From Podarcis muralis (taxonomy: Eukaryota), in the NCBI RefSeq assembly GCF_964188315.1, contig NC_135659.1, forward strand, positions 41,602,001 to 41,666,000: a stretch of DNA of 64,000 nt, read 5' to 3'. Positions 10,446-21,783 of this stretch are shown here, piece by piece. The position numbers were made by a program, and so were the translations under genes. The number at the start of each line of letters is the position of its first letter. The stretch's first letter is position 1. The notes beneath the pieces are model-generated. The model searched no databases and was not told the origin of the DNA. It saw nothing but the letters and a program-made list of their open reading frames with translations.

Positions 10446-12685
10446 GCCAGCCCCACAAGCTTGGGGGACAGCAGGGAGGCGCAGCGCCACTATCCCGCTG
10501 TTCCTCGACCTGGTTCGGTTTCCCTGACCTGCTTTTGGGGGGGAAATAAAGGGGAAAATTTTTTCCTTTATTTCCCCCCCCAAAAAAAACTAGGTGCGTC
10601 CTATGGTCCGGTGCGTCCAATCGTGCGAAAAATACGGTAATATTACTGAGTCAGCTAATAAAAGGCTACATTCTCCTCTGAGTGAAGTTGGGTCACGTAA
10701 GAGAAGAAATCTAGTGGCATATTCCAGTTTTGATATCCTAACCCTCAGTGTTCTTAAAATAAATGGTCCAGATTTCAGAATCACAGTGTACGGATTAAAC
10801 AGCAGATAATATTTTATATGCTTGTTCTGCCTTACTCATAAGGTAGAATAATACTATAATTTTCCAGTAGGATGGGAAAACAGCTAAAATGCTTGTGCTT
10901 TGTGGTTAAAAACAACAGCAAAACCTGGCAGGAGGACATATCTATATTCACCCATCTGTGGCTGGCAGTAAGAGCATATCAAAGTTCAACAACCTTGCAA
11001 AAAGCTTCCCCTTATCTCATTACTACACCTGCAGACAGCTGATTAAATTAACTAGCAGCATCCAAACAGCGAGGAGGGATGAAATATTCCCCCAGGATCC
11101 TAATCTCCCATTTGCAAACAGCATTAACAAACTCCTTTGCCATCCTGCCCCAGGACATATCGACTATAAAGCTTTCCACACCAGTGGATACAATTATCTG
11201 ACCTTTCATAGCCAGTGACTATGAGGTGGTTTAGCAGATAATAGAATTACTTAATGATGTGTCACTCATGATTATCAAATTGATAGGATGAGTTCACTTC
11301 TGTGGTGTGGATTCATCAATGGGCAAATGAGAAGTACAGTTATTTAAAATGAAATATAACCATTTCCTATTCGTCACATCCATTTTTTTTGCTGATCTGT
11401 TTGGATACAGGAACATAAACAAGACAAGTTGCACAATGACTCTTAAATGTCTTTTCTACAAAAAAAGATTTTTTTTGGTAGAAATTTTAATTTTAATGCA
11501 TATTTAATGCAAAAATTGAAAGTGAATAAATAACAATCAATTAAAATATGGTATTATTTCTGTAGGTCAATTATTATTAAATAAGAACCATACTGCAGGG
11601 GGGAGAGGTAGCCTTTTAAAAGATGAACAACTGAACAATCTGCTTTTCTGGAAGTGTTGATATAACAGACATGTCATGAGCAAGTATATTTAATCTTGCA
11701 TCCCCATAGAATCTGGTTTCCTGCCATTCTAAAATAATACTGTTCTTATTTTGGGGACAGTGTAGGTATAATCACAATACTTCTGGTTGACAGCAGTAGT
11801 ATGGTCATATGCCCAGCTCATGTCAGTGCTATTTTCTATTAACTTTCAAAGATGCAAACAAATGTCTCCTCACTGTTTATTAAAAACTATGGCATCTGCT
11901 CATAAAGTTCACCATCCAACTTCGGCTGGGATTTTTATTCTGGGCTTGTTCATGTGGTGATAATGGCGACCTCAGTTGCATTAGATTGGCTGTATCTAAC
12001 AAAATTATTTTTGTTAATTTGCCAAGTTTCAATATTTTAAAATCTTGCTTAGAACCTGTTACTATTATTAGAACCTATTGCCCTGAGCACAGGCAGGCCT
12101 TACCTTATCAGATTAACTTCAACAAAATCTACATAAAGCAGATATGGATATGCTCCCCCAAAGTCACTTCCATTTTTCTTTTCCAACTAACATTCTACAT
12201 TCCATGGCTACTAAGCATGTAAAGCCCTCTTTGGGCTCTTTTCTTAAATGGAGTTTTGCCCCTTACATTTTTTTAAAAAAAAAATTCTGTAAAGTTCTGC
12301 AAACATTTGGGTTTCCCTAAGAATCCTGATAGATCTCCTTCTCCAGTGGGCCCCGTTTTGGTTACAATCATGGCAGCATTCGCTATATGGAGTGAGTCTA
12401 ACATAACCTCAGATAGCAGCTTTAATTTTGTCAGTTTGCCATTTATTGCACTAGCAAAGGCATTTACAGATAAGACAAGAACTAGAACAGGGGCAGATTA
12501 GGGATGTTTTTAAATCCCATTTATATTCCTCCTGGAATTTGTGGTTTTGCATTCCTCTTTCTTGTGGAGTGGCACCAGTGAATTAGAAATTTGACTTTCT
12601 TCTGTTTTGCTATGCATTCATAACATTTATGGTTCCACCCCCATATGGGTTATTGCTGAGAATGAACGCTTGTGTGAATTGCTTA

Positions 12686-13354
12686 CCGTATTTTTTACCC
12701 TATAGGACGCACCGGCCCATAGGACGCACCTAGATTTTTTGGGGGGAAATAAAGGGGGAAAAATATTTTTCCCCCTCCGCTTCCCCCGACGCCAGCCCCC
12801 AGAACGGGACCCAGAGCGGTGCCGAAGCTGCGTGCAGCTTAGGCATCGCTCTGGGAGCTTGAGGGGCTGGGGGCAGGGAAAGCGGAGCTTCCCCCTCCCC
12901 CAGCCCCCAGAACAGGACCCAGAGCCATGCCGAAGCTGTGTGCAGCTTTGGCATCGCTCTGGGAGCTTGCGGGGCTGCAGGAGGGGGAAGCCCTCCGCCA
13001 GCCTTCTAACCAAGTCGGGGGACAGCGGGAAAGGCGCGCTGCGCCTCCCGCTGTCCCTTGAGTTTGCGGGGCTGGCGACGGGGAGGAGCAGGCTTCTCCC
13101 CCCCCCCCCGTCAGCCTTCTAACCAAGTTGGGGGACAGCGGGAAAGGCGCGCTGCGCCTCCCGCTCTCCCCCGAGCTTGTGGGGCTGGCGGTGCGGCTCT
13201 CCTGAAGCCTGGAGAGCGAGAGGGGTCGGTGCGCACCGACGCCTCTCGCTCTCCAGGCTTCAGCGAAAGCCTGCATTCGCCCCATAGGACGCACACACAT
13301 TTCCTCTTCATTTTTGGAGGGGAAAAAGTGCGTCCTATAGGGCAAAAAATATGG
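12686..13354 (-). mobile_element. CCGTA-ended MITE copy 2 (inverted relative to copies 1, 3 and 4), with internal duplications of ~108 and ~113 bp
   Basis: TA at 12684-85 and 13355-56; CCGTATTTTTT...AAAAAATATGG ends; palindrome at 13202-13263; CAGCCCCCAGAAC at 12793 and 12901; CAGCCTTCTAAC at 12999 and 13112. Confidence 0.88.
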
Positions 13355-14085
13355 TAAATCTGGGAGTGGGTGGTGGTGTGGTATTTAAAAGCGTTTAACT
13401 CCCTGCCCCATTATTTCCTTCCTTAGGGCAATGTGTATGACCCAACCCCTTCAACCCCTTTATCACGGCAACACTGTGAAATAAGTTTGGTTTTATTAAG
13501 AGCATGCCCATATTTTTTTTTAGATGAGCTGTAAGCTCTGCTAAGAAAATAAATGCTTTTCCATACAAACACGAAGGGAGTGCATCTTACTAGATAACAC
13601 ACCTTTTCCCTTCCTCCTGCCAAATTAAGATGATAGATCAATTGTACTATCCAAGTACTGCCACTTGGTTGATAACCAGCCATATATAGCGGTTCAAAAG
13701 AAGCAATGCTATTTCTTGTGCCCCCTCCTGCTTTGAAGAACAAATAAGGTTAACATGATGGGCAGCTCCATCAAACCTATGTAGCAAGAGGGGGGAATTT
13801 GTTTTTGTTTCAAAAGTGACAGAAACTGAAAGCCTAGATGATTTTTCATGTACAGCAAGAAGTCGTTCCCTCTCCCCCTCAGTTTTATAAGATCATGTTC
13901 GCAGTGTGAATGGACAAGAATAAAGCACTCTTGAATGAAATAATTTCTTGCTTTCATCTTGCATAATTCAAATCAGCAAGAGCCTTGCGGTGCTGTGGTG
14001 CCTTGCGCCACTGATGCTCAGCCTTTTCTTTAAAAACACCATTTATCTATCCTTGTGCAGCCGCATGTTCAATTTATCATCATAC

Positions 14086-14190
14086 CTGCAGGATAATGCT
14101 CCCGAAAGCATTCTTCAGTAGATTAACTGCATCAGCGTGAGACAGCCCATCCAAAGGCTGCCCATTAATACTGACAATCCGATCGCCAAC
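14086..14190 (-). CDS. PATJ: PATJ exon, end of PDZ10 ([35 protein letters not shown])
   Basis: Acceptor ttttttcccttttag, donor CAG|gtatga; 105 nt, phase 0 to 0. Confidence 0.96.
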
Positions 14191-16435
14191 CTAAAAGGGA
14201 AAAAAAAGTACAATAGCTACAGAAAAATTGCTGGCATTAAGGAAAATTGGAAGAAAGCTCAACATTTCTTGCAAGTTCTGACTCTGCATACTCATGCTTC
14301 CCGGTTATAGAAAGACAATAGAGATCTGCTATGTTTTGATCATTGAGTACTTTTCATAGGGAGGATAAAACACTCCTCCTGGAAGTAATAGAACACAAAC
14401 AAAGAGCTCCTACTTCACTGATAAATTTTGGAAGCAGAGAATTACACCAAAACACATCCTAAGTAGCAAAAGCCTACAGCAGTCCAAGCACATGCATGCG
14501 GCGCACAAAAGCACATTCTTTCAATATGCAGTGTCATGGGAGAAATCACATGATCTCTGGTAGATAGTATATCTGTGACCACAGATGTCAATGGGGTACA
14601 TAGGAACCAATACTTACTACTGAAGATATAGGGTTTAGTATTAATTTTCTGCAACAGCCTGTTTAATTTTCCATTTGTCTCACTTAAATAAAGCGTGACA
14701 TAAATGGCATGACAGTTATCACTGGCCTCATCACCTCCACACAGAGTCCTAGCATTCACCTAAAGAAGCAGGTCGAACCAAACAGTCTTACAGCAGATCC
14801 AGATGAAGTTCAGTCTTGAGGCCAGTTCACACAGTGAAAAGGCAGCTTGTTTCCCCACACAATCTTCTTCCTATACACAACTTCATCCCTGACATGTGGT
14901 ACGGAGTAGAGTACTACTGCTATCATGGAAATCGCTGTAGGGTACATATGTGTACCAGTGGTGCACACAATATGGCTCCCCATGTTCCCAGGATAAGTTG
15001 TTGTTTTCTGAGTGGGAAGAATTCCAGAGCTGTATAGTAAACACTTGAAATGCCTCTCTGCAAGCTCTTCTTCTTTTAGCGAGAGTGCATGAACAGTTCA
15101 GGAAAGAAGGCACTTATATCTTATCTTGCTGTTTTTAGGCAACCATAATCTTTGTGGTACTTATACTTGCATCTTTACATCACTATAGTTAAGTATATTG
15201 ATACAAAAGCTACAAAGATATTCTACCTTCAAAAATAAAAATAAAATGGTACTATTAACCAAATAGTAGGCACTAAATCTCGGAGCCATTTCAGGCAATC
15301 AAAACATGCTTCGGCTTTCCATGGGAGACATTTTTTTAAAAAAAGAGGTTATTTCTATGCACATCTTTACTGAATACCCTAAACATTTAGGGCCAAGTAA
15401 GACATTCAGGATCTTTGCCACCCAGTGTATTCTGTGGGGTCCCTGGGGACTTGGGCTGTTTGCCATGGCTTGGGCTGTTTGCCAAAACAGCTGCCAGCTC
15501 TTGGAAAGAGTTCCTATGATTGCAGAAGCTGAAAAATACATGGTGGCAATGACATAAATAATTGCTCTGAACCTATGGCTGTACCCATGGATGTCCCGGG
15601 TCACAATTTAAGTTCTCTACACACATGTTTCATCAGGAAAGTCAAATAACATAGTGTTGAGCACATTTTAAGTGTCTGAAGTGGCTTCTCAATCACCAAA
15701 TACTTGGTTAAATAGCAATCATATTTCTTAGAGTTAGGCAGAGAGGAAGGTACATAGAAGACACACAATGGCCCAGTTTGCAGATCATATTAAAACTAAC
15801 TATAATTTAATGGGAGTGAAACAAACTGCCAAATCACAAGCAGTAAGCCAAGAACAATACTTATGTTTTGTTTGGAGGAAACATGAGCCCTGGTCCATGT
15901 GACATGACAAGCCAGGCTTTGGCTTTGCTGTGCCTGCAGTGCAGGATCAGGGGTGCAACACTACGGGAACTTCTGAGCAGTGTGCACCAGCAAACTGCTT
16001 GTTCACATGACATCACAGTTTGCTTTGAACTATGGTTTAATGTGAAGCACAAGCCAGGCCAGTGGATCTAGCACAAGACAATCCATATGGGTTTTAAGTA
16101 AATTCATAGAGACAATTTGTGTTCTTTCAGCTTCCTTGCTTTGTTGAAATGGCAGATTGCATGACATGACTCTGGTTCCAGAAACCAGAGTCCATTTAAA
16201 AGGCAATTTTCTATTATTACTGTTATGCAATCACTCACAGTAGTTGACACAGGTGGTTTTGCTAATCAGAAGTAAGAAAGAAGCACATTTCACAGTTCGA
16301 AATAGAATGGAAATGCCTGTCCGAGTATATCGAACAATATATAACCCTTGCAGTTTTCTTGGGGGGGGGGGGAATAAAATCAGCAACATGAAAATAAAGA
16401 CAATATATATGGATAATTTTATCTTTTTCACTTAC

Positions 16436-16558
16436 TTTTAGTTTGTGTGTACGTGCTGCTACTCCACTGGCTTGAATCATGGCAATGAAGATTGGAATGT
16501 CTCCCAATGGGCTTCCTTTGCCCCCAGCTATGCTGATACCAAGAGCATCATTTGGACC
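16436..16558 (-). CDS. PATJ: PATJ exon, PDZ10 ([41 protein letters not shown])
   Basis: Acceptor ctctctgttaag, donor AAA|gtaagt; 123 nt, phase 0 to 0; inside ORF 16262..16693. Confidence 0.96.
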
Positions 16559-16728
16559 CTTAACAGAGAGGTTAGCAACATAACTATTTGTGTTGACATC
16601 ATTCAAGACATTTAACACATGGGCCTTAGTGATAAATAAAACCAAGCATGACAGTGATGCGAAATTTCTAGCAATTTCCTGTGCATCGTTCAATATTGAT
16701 TTAGCAACAACTAAGTCCAGGGGATGAA

Positions 16729-17095
16729 GGGACGCGGGTGGCGCTGTGGGTAAAACCTCAGTGCCTAGGACTTGCCGATCGCATGGTCGGCGGTTCGAAT
16801 CCCCGCGGCAGGGTGAGCTCCCGTCTTTCAGTCCCAGCTCCTGCCCACCTAGCAGTTCAAAAGCACCCCCAAGTGCAAGTAGATAAATAGGTGCCGCTTT
16901 CTAGCGGGAAGGTAAACGGTGTTTCCGTGTGCTGCGCTGGTGCTGGCTTGCCAGAGCAGCTTCGTCACGCTGGCCACGTGACCCGGAAGTCTCTCCGGAC
17001 AGCGCTGGCCCCCGGCCTCTTAAGTGAGATGGGCGCACAACCCTAGAGTCGGACACGACTGGCCCATACGGGCAGGGGTACCTTTACCTTACCTT
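16729..17095 (+). mobile_element. Full-length Sauria SINE (Squam1)
   Basis: GGGACGCGGGTGGCGCTGTGG head with A box and GGTTCGAATCC B box; ACCTTT-type tail; TSD taagtccagg(g/t)gatg at 16712-16726 and 17095-17109. Confidence 0.92.
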
Positions 17096-17583
17096 AAGTC
17101 CAGGTGATGTATGCGTGTATGGAAAGTCTGTTCAATTGGAGAAGTAAAACACAACCTAAAGGCAGTCACTGGTTCTTTTATATGAGACTCCTATTGATCC
17201 ACAGAACCCTTAATTTGGTAGCAACTCATGCGCATAAGCTGCGGCAACATGATGGCACATATATCACATACAAAGGCCACTACACCACTAGTAGGTATTG
17301 ATATAATTTAACTAAGGATGGGTGAGTAAAATGGCCAAACTCTGTTTTGGTCCCATGTTCACATACAGCCCAAAGTGAATTCATCACCTCTCATTAAAAA
17401 ATAAATAAATCTGCAAATAAAAACTGAACTTTTTTTTTTTAAGAAATAAATGTAGAAATATTTTGGGTTTGTTTTTTTTAAGAAACAAACGCGGCTAACT
17501 TTTACACACGGGAAGAACCTTATGTAGCTCCATTCACTTAAAATAATAACTAAATGCTTTGAAAAGTAAGAAAAGCCACTCAC

Positions 17584-17624
17584 TCTTGTTATTTCCACAG
17601 TCCTCGGGCTCATATCTGTCCCAA
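17584..17624 (-). CDS. PATJ: PATJ small exon, start of PDZ10 (VGTDMSPRTVEITR)
   Basis: Acceptor ctttattag, donor AGA|gtgagt; 41 nt, phase 1 to 0. Confidence 0.9.
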
Positions 17625-17951
17625 CTAATAAAGAAATGAACAATTAGTTTCTGTAATTAAAAGATAATGCCATCAGGAGATTATAGACCCTGGTTGCTGT
17701 TTCAAAATTATCACTGATGAAAAGCTTGTTTATGCCAGAGCAAGAAATACATTATGCAACTGGAAAAGGACTTAGCGTCTGCCATTCACTGAGCATGGAA
17801 GTGGGGAACCCATTATCCACTGAAGTGTGTTCAAGTGTATACCCCCAATAGACACAAGGTGACTGTTGCATATCTTTGCCCAGAGATGGTGATACCATAT
17901 GGGTATCCTTTGCCTAACTTTTGATTTATTAGGTTTGTTGCAAATGATATA

Positions 17952-18995
17952 CTGTATTTTTCGCCCTATAGGACGCACTTTTCCCCCTCCAAGAAGGAAG
18001 GGGAAATGTGTGTGCGTCCTATGGGGCGAATGCAGGCTTTCGCTGAAGCCTGGAGAGCGAGAGGGTTTGGTGCGCACCGACCCCTCTCACTCTCCAGGCT
18101 TCAGAAAACTCTGCACAAGCCGCGGGAGCCCTCCCCGGCTTGCGCAGCGCTGCCTCTCATCCCGAAGCCCCGGCGCACTCAGCAGTCGCGTCAGGGCTTC
18201 GGGTAGCTCTGCGCAAGCCGCGGGAGCCCTCCCCCGGCTTGCGCAGAGCCGCCTCTTATCCCCAAGCCCCAGCGCACTGGGCAGTCGCGCCAGGGCTTCG
18301 GGTAGCTCTGCGCAAGCCGCGGGAGGGCTCCCCCGGCTTGCGCAGAGCCGCCTCTTATCCCGAAGCCCCGGCGCGCTCAGCAGTCGCGCCGTGGCTTCGG
18401 GTAGCTCTGCGCAAGCCGCGGGAGGGCTCCCCCGGCTTGTGCAGAGCCGCCTCTTATCCCGAAGCCCCGGCGCTCTGGGCAGTCACGCCGTGGCTTCGGG
18501 TAGCTCTGCGCAAGCCGTGGGAGGGCTCCCCCGGCTTGCGCAGAGCCGCCTCTTATCCTGAAGCCCCGGCGCGCTCAGCAGTCGCGTCGGGGCTTCGGGT
18601 AGCTCTGCGCAAGCCGCGGGAGGGCTCCCACGGCTTGCGGAGAGCCGCCTCTTATCCCGAAGCCGCGGCGCACTGGGCAGTCGCGCCGTGGCTTCAGGTA
18701 GCTCTGCGCAAGCCGCGGGAGGGCTCCCCCGTCTTGCGCAGAGCCGCCTCTTATCCTGAAGCCCCGGTGCGCTCAGCAGTTGCGTCGGGGCTTCGGGTAG
18801 CTCTGCGCAAGCCGCGGGAGGGCTCCCACGGCTTGTGCAGAGCAGCCTGTTCTGGCGGCTGGGGTCGGGGGAAGCTCGGGCTTCCCCCGCCCCAGCTCCG
18901 CGCCTGGGGGGGAAATAAATTTTTTTCTTTATTTCCTCCCCAAAAAACTAGGTGCGCCTTATGGGCCGGTGCGTCCTATGGGGCGCAAAATACGG
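17952..18995 (+). mobile_element. CCGTA-ended MITE copy 3, carrying a 99-bp array
   Basis: TA-CTGTATTTTTCGC...GCAAAATACGG-TA; same arms as copy 1. Confidence 0.9.
18109..18845 (+). repeat. 99-bp GC-rich minisatellite, 7 full units plus a partial unit, alternating A/B variants
   Basis: CTCTGC(G/A)CAAGCCG at 18109, 18207, 18306, 18405, 18504, 18603, 18702 and 18801. Confidence 0.95.
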
Positions 18996-19323
18996 TAAAT
19001 ACTAGGGGTGTGCAACTGCAAGCCTTGGAACCTAATTCAGTGCTTTGGAAAACAGCAAGCCCTGATCTAAAGTGCTTCGTAGGCTGACCAATGTAGTTTG
19101 GGGTCTGCCTGAATTTGCTCTCTGCCCTGATCACTATTAGGAGATTAAAAATTAGCTATAGGTTTTCTGGACAATGGGTGAAATGTGCAAGCGTAGTAGT
19201 TCTTGCAGAGTGCATAGTAGTAGTTCTTGCAGACTGCCAACTTATATTTTGGTCAGTGAACACCCTAAATAAATACCTTTCAATGCTTAACTACGTACAC
19301 TAAAATGTTCATAACTAGAATTA

Positions 19324-20010
19324 CCGTATTTTTCGCCCTATAGGACACACTTTTTCCCCTCCAAAAATGAAGGGGAAATGTGTGTGCGTCCTATGGGGCG
19401 AATGCAGGCTTTCGCTGAAGCCTGGAGAGCAAGAGGGGTCGGCGCGCACCAACCCCTCTTGCTCTCCAGGCTTCAGGAAGCTATCCCCCTAGCCCGGCAA
19501 GCTCCCAGAGCGATGCCAAAGCTGCGCGCACCTTCGCCATCGCTCTCCGACCCGTTCTGGGGGCTGGGGGCGGGGGAAGCTCGGGCTTCCCCCACCCCCA
19601 GCCCCACAAACTCCGGGAGTGATGGCGAAGGTGCGCTCACCTTCGCCAGTGCTCTCCGACCCACTCTGAGGGCTGGGGAAGCTCGGGCTTCCCCCACCCC
19701 CAGCCCCGCAAGCTCCGCGAGCGATGGCGAAGGTGCATGCACGTTCGCCAGTGCTCTCCGACCCACTCTGGGGGCTGGGGAAGCTCGGGCTTCCCCAGCC
19801 CCGCAAGCTCCGGGAGCGATGGCGAATGTGCGCGCAGCTTCGGCATCGCTCTGGCTCCCATTCTGGGGGCTGGGGTCGGGGGAAGCTTGGGCTTCCCCCG
19901 CCCCAGCCCCGTGCCTGGCGGGGGGAAAATAATTTTTCCCCCTTTATCCCCCCCCCCCAAATCTAGGTGCATCCTATGGGCCGATGCGTCCTATAGGGTG
20001 AAAAATACGG
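19324..20010 (+). mobile_element. CCGTA-ended MITE copy 4, carrying four ~100-bp diverged units
   Basis: TA at 19322-23 and 20011-12; CCGTATTTTTCGCCCTATAGG...CCTATAGGGTGAAAAATACGG; internal units at ~19490-19905. Confidence 0.9.
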
Positions 20011-20449
20011 TAATTGCAGATATTTAGGGGGGTGGAGAGCCATATAGCTGAAAAATTAAAGTCTGGTTGGGCTTTTCCTTCAGTATTTAGAAATGACTTG
20101 GATATGCCAGTTGCCCATTATAAATTAAGTAGTTTATTGGGCCCTGAACCTTAGTAGGTAACAGACAACTTTAAGATGTTGCACGAAGTGGAATCAAAAC
20201 AGGAAAAACAGGACCTGGGCTACTTCAAATGCAATGTGAGAAACTGTAATTAGCACATTAGAAATGCCTAATCATCTGCTCCATATTTCACAGGACTATT
20301 TCATATTTAGGAGTTATTGCTAAGAATTGCTTCCTTGCTACATACAGAAGTAAATACCTAACTAGGTTTATAAATGAACAGAATAAGATGGCAGTGAACA
20401 TTCAGCATAATTCACAGGGTTGTATTGGTTTGCAGGTTCTGTCCCATAC

Positions 20450-20567
20450 CTGAGTTTCTGTGAGAGGAATCAGCAGACGACCTCTTAGTGCTGACAAAAT
20501 TCTGTAAAGTGGAGATAACTGGAGCAAATGTAGGGTGAAAGTGGCTATGAACACTGTGTTGGCTTAT
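20450..20567 (-). CDS. PATJ: PATJ linker exon (ISQHSVHSHFHPTFAPVISTLQNFVSTKRSSADSSHRNS)
   Basis: Acceptor ctttgcatttcag, donor G|gtatgg; 118 nt, phase 0 to 1; inside ORF 20412..20729. Confidence 0.92.
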
Positions 20568-21783
20568 CTGAAATGCAAAGGCAAAACCGGTAAGGATGAA
20601 GGAAGGAACCAAGTTGTATTTTGTACCTGCAGAGGCTTCCAGTCCTCTGGAAGGCCGTCCCCCACACAATGTATTACAGAAATCCAAAATGGAAGTTATC
20701 AGAGCTTTTCTTGTCCAGTATCCATCCATGGCCTCACTAAAGAATGAAGAAATAATATCTGCAACCTGCTCCCCTCACTACGACATTGGATGAGATCTTC
20801 CAGAAGCACTGACAGATAGTGCTACTAAGAACTCTCACAGACAGCTGCTGACACTAATGTTAAACAGATAAGTCACACGATCACATGGAAGCACTTGTTT
20901 TTCTTTTACATATGGATGCCCAACATCTGTGTTTAAAAAAGGTTCAAAGAGATTGGATGGTAGACAGGCAACACAATTCTGCTTGGCTTCTTAACTAGAC
21001 CAAGTAAGAGAGAATTTACAGAATAAACTCCAGGAAAGCTTTGAGAGGTTAGAACTCCTATGTGTTCTAATACAGCAAGAGTATTTCACCGAAACATTTC
21101 ATTCGCCAACCAAATCTGGTGCCCAGCTGCCAAGTTTTAGCTGTGCAGTCTCGTGTGTGAAAAAATCGAAAACCTCCTCTAGCTAAACAGATTTTTAGGC
21201 CACAGAGTGCTAATGAAATTTCTGCAGAATCTGGATTAGTGCTCCTCAGGGTGCATGGAGAATTCATTAGCAGTAGCTGTCAGCTCTCTAGAGTTCTCTT
21301 CAAACTAGCAGGGAATAAGGCAAAGGAATAATACACATGTTGACTGGGAAGGTTGCAGTGCAGCAGTTCAGGTGAAGCAAAATGAGAGCTTGGCACCTGG
21401 GTGTCTGCGACAGAAGGGCACACAGGCTGGGAAATGACAGCAAGCGGAAACAGGAACTGGTGATAAATGACTTACTTAACAATCTCCATGCTTTCCTGTG
21501 AAAATCCTAGTGATTGCTGGCCAGAATACAATACAGCCTTTTCTTTATTATTGGCACATGTTATTTGCATAATGTTGATACATGACTTTTTTCAACTGTT
21601 TCCCACATATTTTATTGCTGAAAAGCTTGCTAGACACATTGGTGGCTCCAAGTGGACCGAAGGGCAAGATAAAAGTGAAAACAAAATCTATTGTTCTCAG
21701 CCTGTCGGTGCAATTATTGATTTCATTTTTAAAAAGTACAAGTGCACAGTAAAATTGTCCATGTATTATGAAATGGAATACCA

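Larger units (their letters stand above)
9262..10637 (+). mobile_element. Tc1/mariner-superfamily MITE with CCGTA ends (Tc2/pogo-like), copy 1, carrying 128-bp and 119-bp tandem arrays
   Basis: 27-bp TIRs (9262-9288 and 10611-10637, 25/27 match), TA on both sides, 62-bp palindrome at 9353-9414, no transposase ORF. Confidence 0.9.

Noticed and set aside
9472-10640. Many overlapping ORFs up to 254 aa, plus similar ones at 12627-13357 and 19378-20027
   Set aside because: All fall inside GC-rich MITE interiors on both strands; none shows a DDE/DDD transposase motif.
17607-17624. Alternative in-frame acceptor 9 nt inside the 41-nt exon (TTGGGACAG|)
   Set aside because: Possible, but the sequence gives no evidence of use and the upstream AG gives the reading that matches PATJ homologs.
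17899-19087. Long ORFs of 315 aa (18140..19087) and 220 aa (17899..18561)
   Set aside because: Artefacts of a stop-poor GC-rich array whose 99-bp period is a multiple of 3; the peptides are repetitive with no domain.
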